This document shows positions 46,864 to 56,800 of a stretch of DNA of 64,000 nt, in pieces. Position numbers and translations under genes: made by a program. The notes below the pieces were generated by a model that saw only the letters and a program-made list of their open reading frames with translations, searched no databases and had not been told where the DNA came from. Position 1 is the first letter of the stretch, and each line of letters starts with the position of its first letter. Origin of the DNA: Gammaproteobacteria bacterium (lineage in GTDB: Bacteria > Pseudomonadota > Gammaproteobacteria > Eutrophobiales > Eutrophobiaceae); the NCBI GenBank assembly GCA_965215365.1, contig CBDCDS010000003.1, positions 800,001 to 864,000 on the forward strand, in the 5' to 3' direction.

Positions 46864-48141
46864 ATGAACAGCCCCTTACTTCAGATCGACCGCGCGCTGC
46901 TATGGCATCCATATACCTCGATGGTGAACCCGCCGCCGGTATTCCCGGTGGTGTCCGCGCAGGGCGTGCGGCTCAGGCTTGCGGACGGGAGGGAACTGAT
47001 CGACGGTATGGCATCCTGGTGGTGCGCCATCCACGGCTACAACCATCCGGTGCTGAATGCAGCGGTCAGCGTACAGCTGCAGGATATGGCTCATGTCATG
47101 TTCGGCGGGCTTACCCACGAACCGGCGGTGCGGCTGGCGCAGAAGCTGGTGGACATGACCCCGAGCGCATTGCAGACGGTGTTCTTTGCCGACTCCGGTT
47201 CCGTCGCCGTGGAAGTTGCCCTCAAGATGGCCATCCAGTACTGGGCTGCGGCAGGACGCCCGGGCAAGCAGAAACTGCTCACCGTACGCGGCGGCTATCA
47301 TGGCGATACCTTTGGTGCCATGGCGGTGTGTGACCCGGTCACCGGAATGCACTCACTGTTCCGGGAGGTGCTGCCCGCCCATTATTTCGCCGACCAGCCC
47401 GCCACCCGTTTCGGCGCGGCCTGGCAGGAAAACGATATTGCCACCTTGGCAACACTGGCAGAAAATCACCACCAGGACCTCGCCGCAGTCATCATTGAGC
47501 CGGTGGTGCAGGGGGCCGGGGGCATGTGGTTTTACTCGCCCGAGTACCTCAACCGGTTGCGGGAAATCTGCGACCGCTATGACCTGCTGCTGATTTTCGA
47601 TGAGATCGCCACCGGCTTCGGCCGCAGCGGCAAATTGTTCGCCTGCGAACACAGCCGTGTCGCGCCCGACATTTTATGCCTGGGCAAGGCCTTGACCGGC
47701 GGCTACATGACCCTGGCGGCCACCCTGACGTCAATACCGGTCGCCGAGACCATCTCTGCCGGCGGCCAGGGCGTGTTCATGCACGGCCCCACCTTCATGG
47801 CCAACCCCCTGGCCTGTTCGGTGGCGTTGGCCAGTATCAAACTGCTGGAGCAGAGCGGCTGGCAGCAACGGGTGCAAAACATACAAAACCAGCTTCAGAC
47901 CGAACTGGCCCGCTGCCGCGACCTAGATAACGTGACAGAGGTGCGGGCGCTGGGCGCCATTGGCGTAGTGGAGGTTGACCGGCCCGTAGATATGCACACG
48001 GTTCCGCATTGGTTTGTGGAACAAGGGGTCTGGATCAGGCCCTTCGGCAGACTTATTTATGTTATGCCGCCTTACATCATAAACGCCGCAGATCTGACCC
48101 GATTGACGAGTGCGATTTATCATGTCGTGGGTAAATTGTAG
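46864..48141 (+). CDS. bioA: Adenosylmethionine-8-amino-7-oxononanoate aminotransferase
   Basis: WHPYT, DGMASWW, YHGDT, DEIATGFGR, GKALTGG, HGPTFMANP and YVMPPY motifs. Confidence 0.95.
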   Translation: MNSPLLQIDRALLWHPYTSMVNPPPVFPVVSAQGVRLRLADGRELIDGMASWWCAIHGYNHPVLNAAVSVQLQDMAHVMFGGLTHEPAVRLAQKLVDMTPSALQTVFFADSGSVAVEVALKMAIQYWAAAGRPGKQKLLTVRGGYHGDTFGAMAVCDPVTGMHSLFREVLPAHYFADQPATRFGAAWQENDIATLATLAENHHQDLAAVIIEPVVQGAGGMWFYSPEYLNRLREICDRYDLLLIFDEIATGFGRSGKLFACEHSRVAPDILCLGKALTGGYMTLAATLTSIPVAETISAGGQGVFMHGPTFMANPLACSVALASIKLLEQSGWQQRVQNIQNQLQTELARCRDLDNVTEVRALGAIGVVEVDRPVDMHTVPHWFVEQGVWIRPFGRLIYVMPPYIINAADLTRLTSAIYHVVGKL

Positions 48142-48203
48142 CCGCTGATAATTTGCTCTGCCTGAAAACGTAGCGTGTCGATAAGCGCAGCCCATTCAAA
48201 GTA

Positions 48204-49606
48204 AGTATTTTCCAATACTGGAATGAGCCTGAAGTAGAGAGAGTCTGCCCCGATCTCAAGCCCGTTTGTATTCCTGTTCATGGATGGTGGTAAAGAGGGC
48301 CCGGCGCGCCTGTTGTAGGGCGTCCGCGGCCGCGTTGTCGCTGACTCGGTAAGCGACCTTATCCAGTATCTCAAAGCTTAAGTCCGGTTTCAAACAGGTC
48401 TGGGCATCATCCAAGGATTTAAGTTTTTCATAGGGGGTCATGAGGTTCTTGTAGGGGTAACGCTTGCGTTGTTTCCCTTTGTTGTCGGTGATGGTTTGTG
48501 GAAACAGGCAGGGTCGGTGGTAGTTGACATAGGGGTTGAGGTGCTGGCGGTGGAAGTCGTTCAACGGGCCGGCCCAGCGGCGCGGGATGTGGGCGTGGCC
48601 TAAGAGCTTGCGCACCACGTGTCCGTTTTTGCATTCCACCAGGGCGTTGTCGTTGCTGTGCCGGGGGCGGGACTTGGTCAGTTCGATACGCAGCTTCTCT
48701 AACAGTTGGGCCACCTGTTTATTGATGTACTCCGAGCCGTTGTCGGCATGGAAGCCCAGGAGGACAAAGGGGAACGCATCAAGCAGGTATTCAAGTGCCG
48801 GGATGAGGTAGACCTCGGTGATGCGCTCGACGCTGACGACCACTTCAAACTGGGTCACCTCATCGACCGCATTGATGTGATAGACCCCTTTTTCACCGTC
48901 TAAATCGCCCTGATGCACGGTATCGATGCGGATATAACCGCAGCGCCCGTCCGGCTGCGGTTTGCGCCGTACACCGATCTCACGCACCACCGGGCGGGTC
49001 TTGTCTATCGTGTGGCGCTGACGTTGGTAGGTCTTCGAGCGCCGTAAGTTGTACAGGTGCGAGACCGAGATCCCGGCCAAGCGTTCATACTCGACCTGAC
49101 CGAACACCTGATAGGCTCGCTCACAGAGCTTCTTTAGGGTCAACCCATTCGGGGTATTGTGGCGCTCGTCCATGGCCGCTAGCAGGCGGATATCGGCCTT
49201 CGTGTAGCGTCGGACAAAGCCCCGCGCCGTACACTGGCGCACCGCTAACGTACCGGTCTCCCGGTAGCGCCCAATCAGCCGCTTGACCTGTGCCCGGGAA
49301 TACCCGCTCACCTTCATCAGGTACGCCGTGAGCGCCCCTTTGTCCGCCTTGCTGCAGCCCAGGTAATCAAACGTCACCAGGGTGCGCCGTATCCAGTCAT
49401 ACCGACTCTGCTTGTCGCTGGCAACCTCAAACATCACCCGCTGGGTCCCGGCCAGAAAATCGCGCACCTGCTCAATACGCGTTAAGTCATTCGCATTCAT
49501 GATCGTTTTCATCCTCGTATCATGAACGGGAATACCGGCTCGTTCAGGCTCATTTCATGTTGGAATCACACCCGCCCTTCAGGCTCATTTCATATTGGAA
49601 AATACT
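48204..49606 (-). mobile_element. Complete 1403-bp insertion sequence (ISNCY/ISLbi1-like) with ~30-bp TIRs and 5-bp TSD
   Basis: Ends agtattttccaata...atgagcctgaag in inverted orientation; AAGTA at 48199-48203 and 49607-49611; family assignment inferred from size, TSD and the rve-type transposase. Confidence 0.85.
48256..49512 (-). CDS. DDE transposase (integrase core domain)
   Basis: IDTVH (D), HADNGSEY (D) and DNALVECKN (E); N-terminal HTH-like region. Confidence 0.9.
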   Translation of the reverse strand: MKTIMNANDLTRIEQVRDFLAGTQRVMFEVASDKQSRYDWIRRTLVTFDYLGCSKADKGALTAYLMKVSGYSRAQVKRLIGRYRETGTLAVRQCTARGFVRRYTKADIRLLAAMDERHNTPNGLTLKKLCERAYQVFGQVEYERLAGISVSHLYNLRRSKTYQRQRHTIDKTRPVVREIGVRRKPQPDGRCGYIRIDTVHQGDLDGEKGVYHINAVDEVTQFEVVVSVERITEVYLIPALEYLLDAFPFVLLGFHADNGSEYINKQVAQLLEKLRIELTKSRPRHSNDNALVECKNGHVVRKLLGHAHIPRRWAGPLNDFHRQHLNPYVNYHRPCLFPQTITDNKGKQRKRYPYKNLMTPYEKLKSLDDAQTCLKPDLSFEILDKVAYRVSDNAAADALQQARRALFTTIHEQEYKRA

Positions 49607-49611
49607 AAGTA

Positions 49612-49640
49612 TTGACATCGTCGCCAACGACGAGTAGTAT
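49612..49640 (+). promoter_or_regulatory. Putative sigma70 promoter
   Basis: TTGACA-17 nt-TAGTAT immediately after the IS target duplication. Confidence 0.55.
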
Positions 49641-49679
49641 AGCCTCCTGACCTGCACTTAAAGTACTGAGGAAACCACC

Positions 49680-50039
49680 ATGGCCCCTGTTATCCATGCC
49701 CTGCTGACCCAATCGCCGCTGCTGCTGGCTATCGTTGTCTTGTACCTTCTGAATCGTAAGGACATCAAGCTCATCGAACAAAAAATCGACGGCATCAACA
49801 CTCGTTTTGATGATATCAACGCCCGTTTTCATGATTTGAAAGAAAGCATCAACAAACGCTTCGATGGCGTCAACAAGCGTATCGATGACGTCAACAAGCG
49901 TATCGATGACGTCAACAAGCGTATCGATGATCAGAAAGATGACATCAAAGCGCTGAGCCAAAAAGTGGATACTCTATCGGGTCAGGTGCATCGGATTGAA
50001 GGGCATTTGGGTTTGCCTGGTGTCGGTGCGGAGGCTTGA
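49680..50039 (+). CDS. Small membrane-anchored coiled-coil repeat protein (heptad DDVNKRI)
   Basis: N-terminal TM, three copies of a 21-bp unit gtcaacaagcgtatcgatga(c/t), C-terminal RIEG; GAGGA RBS. Confidence 0.75.
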   Translation: MAPVIHALLTQSPLLLAIVVLYLLNRKDIKLIEQKIDGINTRFDDINARFHDLKESINKRFDGVNKRIDDVNKRIDDVNKRIDDQKDDIKALSQKVDTLSGQVHRIEGHLGLPGVGAEA

Positions 50040-50117
50040 AACAGCAGGCAACGCTTGCTTCTTAAAAATGAAAAGAAAAACCAAAAACCGCAGAGTTCTC
50101 TGTGCTATACTGGTGCC

Positions 50118-50633
50118 ATGGAACCTCACGTTCAAATTCTGACTGCAATCATTGGCGTCGGTGTCGCCTTGGCCGGGCTGATTCTGAGATTAGCCACGCG
50201 TATCGACGGGCTGAGCGAAAAGATTGACAAATCAGTTGCCGCGCTGATCGAGAAGATTGACAAGACACGTGCCGAGCTGAACGAAAGGATTGACAAGACT
50301 AATGAAAAAATTGACAAGATACGTGCCGAGCTGAACGAAAAGATAGACAAATCAGTTGCCGCGCTGATCGAGAAGATTGACAAGACACGTGCCGAGCTGA
50401 ACGAAAAGATAGACAAGTCAGTTGCCGCGCTGAGCGAAAAAATTGACAAGACTAATGAGCGGGTTGGCAAGACCAATGGCCGGCTGGGGCGGGTCGAACA
50501 AGGTCTGGCGGCGCTCAAGGCCACGGTGGAGACTTTCTTCCGGGTGCGCGTCGACCCGTTGGTTCCCCCGCCGGATTCTTCCACGGATTCCTCGCCCCCG
50601 GTTGAGCAGCGCCGGACCGGCACGGATGGTTAA
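50118..50633 (+). CDS. Membrane-anchored coiled-coil protein with EKIDK (KID/Bdr-like) repeats
   Basis: N-terminal TM (AIIGVGVALAGLIL), 7/11-residue modules ending EKIDK; TGCTATACT lies 6 nt upstream of the ATG. Confidence 0.75.
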   Translation: MEPHVQILTAIIGVGVALAGLILRLATRIDGLSEKIDKSVAALIEKIDKTRAELNERIDKTNEKIDKIRAELNEKIDKSVAALIEKIDKTRAELNEKIDKSVAALSEKIDKTNERVGKTNGRLGRVEQGLAALKATVETFFRVRVDPLVPPPDSSTDSSPPVEQRRTGTDG

Positions 50634-50683
50634 AACAGCATTGCTATATCACTGAAAAAAGTACAAAAAAAGCCAAAAACTAC

Positions 50684-50712
50684 TTGACAATCTTGAGGGG
50701 GAATGCCATAAT
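50684..50712 (+). promoter_or_regulatory. Putative sigma70 promoter of the giant adhesin gene
   Basis: TTGACA-17 nt-CATAAT with extended TG and upstream A-tracts (UP-element-like). Confidence 0.65.
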
Positions 50713-50714
50713 GA

Positions 50715-50826
50715 ACAGCCGCACAGCCGCACAGCCGCACAGCCGCACAGCCGCACAGCCGCACAGCCGCACAGCCGCACAGCCGCACAGCCGCACAGCC
50801 GCACAGCCGCACAGCCGCACAGCCGC
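50715..50826 (+). repeat. Simple sequence repeat (ACAGCCGC)x14
   Basis: 112 nt of perfect 8-bp units ending exactly at the ATG of the adhesin. Confidence 0.97.
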
Positions 50827-53800
50827 ATGAGCTACGCGCGCGCAAGCCAGTCGGCGCAACGAGGCCGCCTCACCCCGCGTAAGCCCACTGCGCACCGCCG
50901 CGCCAGCGGCCGCCTACTCACCGCCGCATGGTTTGCCCTGCTCGCCTTACCCCTGCTGGTCCTGTCGCTGCTCTTCGCCCCCGCCGCCGAGGCGCAGACC
51001 GCACGGGTGCTGGTGAGCAACACCGGTGCTGGAAACGCAAGCAATATTCGAGTTTTCGGGAGTGAAAGGATCGCCCAGGCATTCACCACCGGCGCCAATA
51101 GTGCTGGCTACAACATCACCAGCCTTCAGGTCCGATACCATGACTCGCCCGCAGCCCAGCACCTGAGCGGCCTAACGGTCACCATCCGGAACGTCAGCGG
51201 CCAGAACCCGGGCAGCACGGTGCTCGGCACCTTCACCAATCCCAACTCCATCTCCGCCGGGCTGGTCACCTTCAACGCCCCGGCCGGCGGCATTGACCTC
51301 GCGGCCAGCACCACCTACTTCGTCCAGTTCGCTGTCGGGGGTGGAGCTAGTCGTCGTGGAACTTTTCGGACCAGGTCTGGCACAGGCAAAGGAGACGAGG
51401 ACAACGCTTCCCTGTCCGACTGGTCGATCGCCGACGACGCACGCGGCTTCACTGATGGTCTTTGGGAAGGTGCAGAGGATGAGAAGTTGCTCCAGATCGA
51501 CCTCCGCGGCACCGTCAAGACCGCCCCCACCGCCCCCGCCGCCCCCATGAACCTGCAGGCGGTGGTGAGCAGCGGCCAGGTGGAGTTGACGTGGGATGAC
51601 CCGTCGGACAACACGATCACGAAGTGGCAGTACCGTCGGCGGGACGGCGACCCCGGCACCTGGGGTGCGTGGACGGACCTGACGACCAGCAAGCTCGGCA
51701 GTACCTTGTTCGCCACGGTGACGGGGTTGACGGACGGCACGGAGTACGACTTCGAGGTGCGTGCGGTGGCGGGGAGCACGAACGGCACGGCGGCCACGGT
51801 GAGTGCCACACCCGTCCCCCGGCCGGCCGCCCCGACCGGCCTCACAGCCACGGCGGGCAGCCAGCAGGTGGTCCTGAGCTGGACCAACCCCGGCAACGCC
51901 ACCATCACCGGGTATGCGTACCAGCAGCGTACAGCGGGTTCGAGCACCTGGGGGAACGAGACGGCGATTCCCAACAGCACTGCCACCACCATCACCCACA
52001 CGGTAACGGGTCTGACGAACTACACAGAATATGAGTTCCGGCTGCGGGCCATCAACCCGGCCGGGGGCACGAATTCGGAGCCCGTGTCGGCGACGCCGCG
52101 CCCGGCCAATGCACCGGGGCCACCGACCGACTTCACGGCGGTAGCGGGCCCGGGCGGCGGGGAGGTGACGCTGAGCTGGACGCGTCCGAGCGGTACGATT
52201 ACGAGGTACGAGTACCGGGCCCGCAGACCGGGCCAGGACTGGTTCCCTTGGGCGAACATAAGGGGCGACACCCGCACCACCTTCGTCGCATCCGTGGGCA
52301 ACGAGCCGCTGGAATTTCAGATGCGCGCGAGGAACGGGAGCGTAAACGGCGTGTTGTCGGTCATCGTGCCGGCCACGGCGGTAGCGGCCCCGGCCGCCCC
52401 GACGGGCGTGACGGCGACGGCGGGCAACGCCCAGGTCACGCTGAGCTGGGGCGACCCGTCGAACAGCGACATCACCAAGTACCAGTACCGCCAGAAGTTG
52501 AGCAGCGCCAGTACCTGGGGAACCTGGACGGACTTCACGGGCGGCACCACCGCGACCTCGACCAGCGGCACGGTGACGGGGCTGACGAACGGCACGGCGT
52601 ACGACTTCGAGGTGCGCGCGACAGCCGCGACGGGCGGGACGGTGCTGGGCGCGACCTCGGCCACGGTGAGCGCCACGCCCACGGCCACCACCGCCCCGGC
52701 GGCCCCGATGGGTTTCACCATCGACACGGGCGATACTGAGATCACCCTGAAATGGACCGACCCGAATAACGATGCCATCACGAAGTACCAGTACCGGCAG
52801 GGCACGGGCTCGCTGGGCAGCATCTCCTGGGGAGAGTGGACGGACATTCCGGCGAGCGACGAGGACACCACCGAGCACACGGTGACCAGCCTGACCAACG
52901 GCACGCCCTATTACTTCCAGGTACGCGCCGTGGTCGGCACGACGCTCGGCACCGCCACGGCCCCCACCGCGATCACCCCCGTGGACAAACCCGCCGCCCC
53001 GACGAACCTCAAAGCCGCAGGGGGCGCCACCGCAGTGACCCTGAGCTGGAGCAACCCCGGCAACGCCACCATCACCGGCTATGAGTACCGCCAACGCGCA
53101 CTCAACCCCGACTCCACTCTCCTGGGGGATTGGGGGAACTGGATGGCCATCGCGAACAGCGATGACGACACCATCTCCCACGCAGTGACGGGTCTGACGA
53201 ACTACACGCGATACCAGTTCCAGCTGCGCGCGGTGGGCTTGTCGGGGAACGGCACCGCGTCGCAAAGTGTGGGCGCAACCCCGCGCCCGGCGGGCGCGCC
53301 CGACGCGCCGAGGAATTTCGCCAGCTCTTCGGGCGATACCGAGATAGATCTCGAATGGGCCGATCCGTCCAACAGCGCCATCACGAAGTACCAGTACCGG
53401 CAGGGGACGTCCAGCCTTCTTATGATCACCTGGGGGAACTGGACGGACATTCCGTCGAGCAACGCGAACACCACCGAATACACGGTGACCGGGCTGACCA
53501 ACGGTGCGCGGTACTTGTTCGAGGTGCGCGCGGTGGCGGGGACGGTGAACGGTGTGGCAACGAGCTATGTGCTCGGGACACCGGTCCCCGTTCCGGATCA
53601 GCCCGCCGGGCTGAGTGCCGCGCCGGGCGACGGGCAGGTCGCCCTGAGCTGGAACGACCCGTCCGACAGCACCATCGACTACTACTTCTACCAGGTCCGT
53701 ACGGGCAGCAGCTGGGGGGATATCCAGCTCTTCGGCTCCGACAGTACCACGACCCACACGGTGACGGGGCTGACGAACGGCACGGAGTACGGTTTCCGGA

Positions 53801-56800
53801 TCTCCGCCGCGAATGGCTCAGGTAACAGCCCGGCCTCGGCCGTCGTGACCGCGACGCCTTTGGACGCGAACGCCGCGGCGGCGCCGGCCGGTTTCAGCGC
53901 GGCCACAGGATCATCCAGTGGGGAGGTGGACTTGAGCTGGACGGATCCGTCCAACAGCGCCATTACCAAATGGCAGGTCCGTTACGGGCCGAGTCCGTCG
54001 GGGGGCAGCACCACCTGGGGGGCGTGGGCGGACATCTCGAGCAGCAGCGCGACCACCGCCTCCCACACGGTGACCGGCCTGACCGGCGCTACGCGTTACG
54101 CTTTTCAGGTGCGCGCGGTGACCGGGACTTCGGTGTTCGGCGCGGCCTCGGCCGCGATGACCGCGACGCCCACGTCCCCCCTCCCGGCCGCCCTGACCCT
54201 GTCCGTCACGCTGCGCTCTGAAGAGGTCAATGTCATGTGGACCGATCCGGGTGATCCCAGCATCACCAGGTACGAGCTCCAGCAACGCGCAGTCGGCGGT
54301 AACTGGGGCGCTACGGTGCCTATCCTCCGCACTTGGCTCTCTACCCTTCGCACCGGCCTGACCAACGGCACGGACTACGAGTTCCGGCTGCGCGCGGTCA
54401 ACGCGACGGGGGACGGCCCGTGGTCGTCTGTGACCGCCACCCCGCTGGCCACGAACGCCCCGGCCAAGCCCACCGCGCTGACGGCCACGGCGGGCGACAC
54501 CGAGGCCACCTTGAGCTGGACCGCCCCGTCCGGCACGATTACCGGCTATCAAATCCGCCGGGGCACCGGCGACGACCCGGTCACTTGGGGCACGTGGGGC
54601 GCCATGCCCGGCAGCACCTCGAGCACCGCCACCTACACCGTGACCAACCTGACCAACGCCACCACCTACAGCTTCCAAATCCGTGCCGTGAACAATGCGG
54701 TGCTCGGTGCCACCTCAGACACCGTCACTGCCACGCCGGCCACCCCCGCCGGTCTGACCTTCGACCCCACCGCGCTGACCGTCACCGAAGGGAACAACGC
54801 CACCTACACCGTCGTCCTCAACGCCGTGCCCACAGCCAGCGTCACGGTGACCATCGCCAGTGACAACAGCGATGTCACGGTCGATACCAACACTGGCATG
54901 AACGGCGACCAGAATACCCTGACCTTTACCACCACCAACTGGAGTACGGCCCAAACCGTCATCGTCACCGCCGGCCATGACAACGACACCACCAACGACA
55001 CCGCCACGCTCACGCACACGGCCAGTGGCGGCGGTTACGGCAGTGTCACCGGCAGTCTGACCGTTACCGTCACCGATGACGACAGCGCCGGTGTCACCAC
55101 CGCCGCCACCGACACCACCGCCACCGAGGGCAGCACCACGGCCACAGCCACCTTCACGGTGGTACTCGACACGCAGCCGTCGCACAACGTCACCGTCACC
55201 GTCACCGCGCCCACCGGTTTAACCCTCGACGGCCCGGACAGCGCCACCGCCTTCACCTCCAGCGAGGCGCTGACCTTCACCGACAGCACCTGGAGCACCG
55301 CCCAGACCGTCACCGTGCGCGCACCTGATGACAGCACCGACAGCCCCAGCGGTCGGGAACTGACCGTCACCTACGCCACCGCCTCGACCGACAGCGACTA
55401 CGGTAACCTGACCGGCATGGCCGCCACCGTCACCGTCACGGATAATGACGCCACCACAGTGACCTTGGCCGGTAGTGCCGGGGATGTGACCGAGGGCAAC
55501 ACGAAGACCTTCACGGTGACCTTAGGGCGCGGCCTGGTGAACGGCGAGACGCTGGCGGTACCGCTGGCTTTTACCGGCACCGCGACGCGGGGCACAGACT
55601 ACATGACGGCGTGTCCGACCACGCTGCCGACCGGGGTGACCTGCAACGACCTCGACGATACGAGCCTGACCCCCACGGTGACCTTCACCGGGGCGAGCGG
55701 GAGCACGACGGACGCCACGGTGACGCTGACCTTAACTGCGACCACCGACAGCACCGCCGAGACGGGCGGCGAGACAGTCGTCATTGGCTTAGGCACGCTG
55801 TCGGCCACCGGCTTAGAGGGCGGCACGAGCACCACCGACAGCCTGGCGGACTTTAAGATTACCGATCCGGACACCACCGCCCCGACCGTAACGATTGCCG
55901 GCGTACCTGAGAAAATTAACGACCGCGACCCGTTCACGGTGACGTTCACCTTCTCCGAAGACGTCACCGACTTCGTCACCGGCGATGTCAGCGTCACCAA
56001 CGCCGACAAAAGCAACTTCGCCGGCAGTGGCGATAGCTACACCCTCACCGTCACCCCCAACGCCAGCGATGATGTGACGGTCACGGTCGCCGCCAATGCC
56101 GCCACCGATGGCGTGAACACCGGCCCGGCCAGTGCCGAGGCTAAGACCGCCACCTGGGACACCACCGCCCCGACGGTTGAGATTACCGGCGTGCCGGAGA
56201 AGATTAAGACCCGCGCCGCCTTCACGGTGACGTTCACCTTCTCCGAAGACGTCACCGACTTCGTCACCGGCGATGTCAGCGTCACCAACGCCGACAAAAG
56301 CAACTTCGCCGGCAGTGGCGATAGCTACACCCTCACCGTCACCCCCAACGCCAGCGATGATGTGACGGTCACGGTCGCCGCCAATGCCGCCACCGATGGC
56401 GTGAACACCGGCCCGGCCAGTGCCGAGGCTAAGACCGCCACCTGGGACACCACCGCCCCGACGGTTGAGATTACCGGCGTGCCGGAGAAGATTAAGACCC
56501 GCGCCGCCTTCACGGTGACGTTCACCTTCTCCGAAGACGTCACCGACTTCGTCACCGGCGATGTCAGCGTCACCAACGCCGACAAAAGCAACTTCGCCGG
56601 CAGTGGCGATAGCTACACCCTCACCGTCACCCCCAACGCCAGCGATGATGTGACGGTCACGGTCGCCGCCAATGCCGCCACCGATGGCGTGAACACCGGC
56701 CCGGCCAGTGCCGAGGCTAAGACCGCCACCTGGGACACCACCGCCCCGACGGTTGAGATTACCGGCGTGCCGGAGAAGATTAAGACCCGCGCCGCCTTCA

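Noticed and set aside
50715-50826. Possible CRISPR array
   Set aside because: Contiguous 8-bp units with no spacers and no cas genes; it is a simple sequence repeat.
51172-53757. 861-aa minus-strand ORF
   Set aside because: Arg/Gly-rich antisense shadow of the high-GC3 adhesin gene, with no recognisable motifs.
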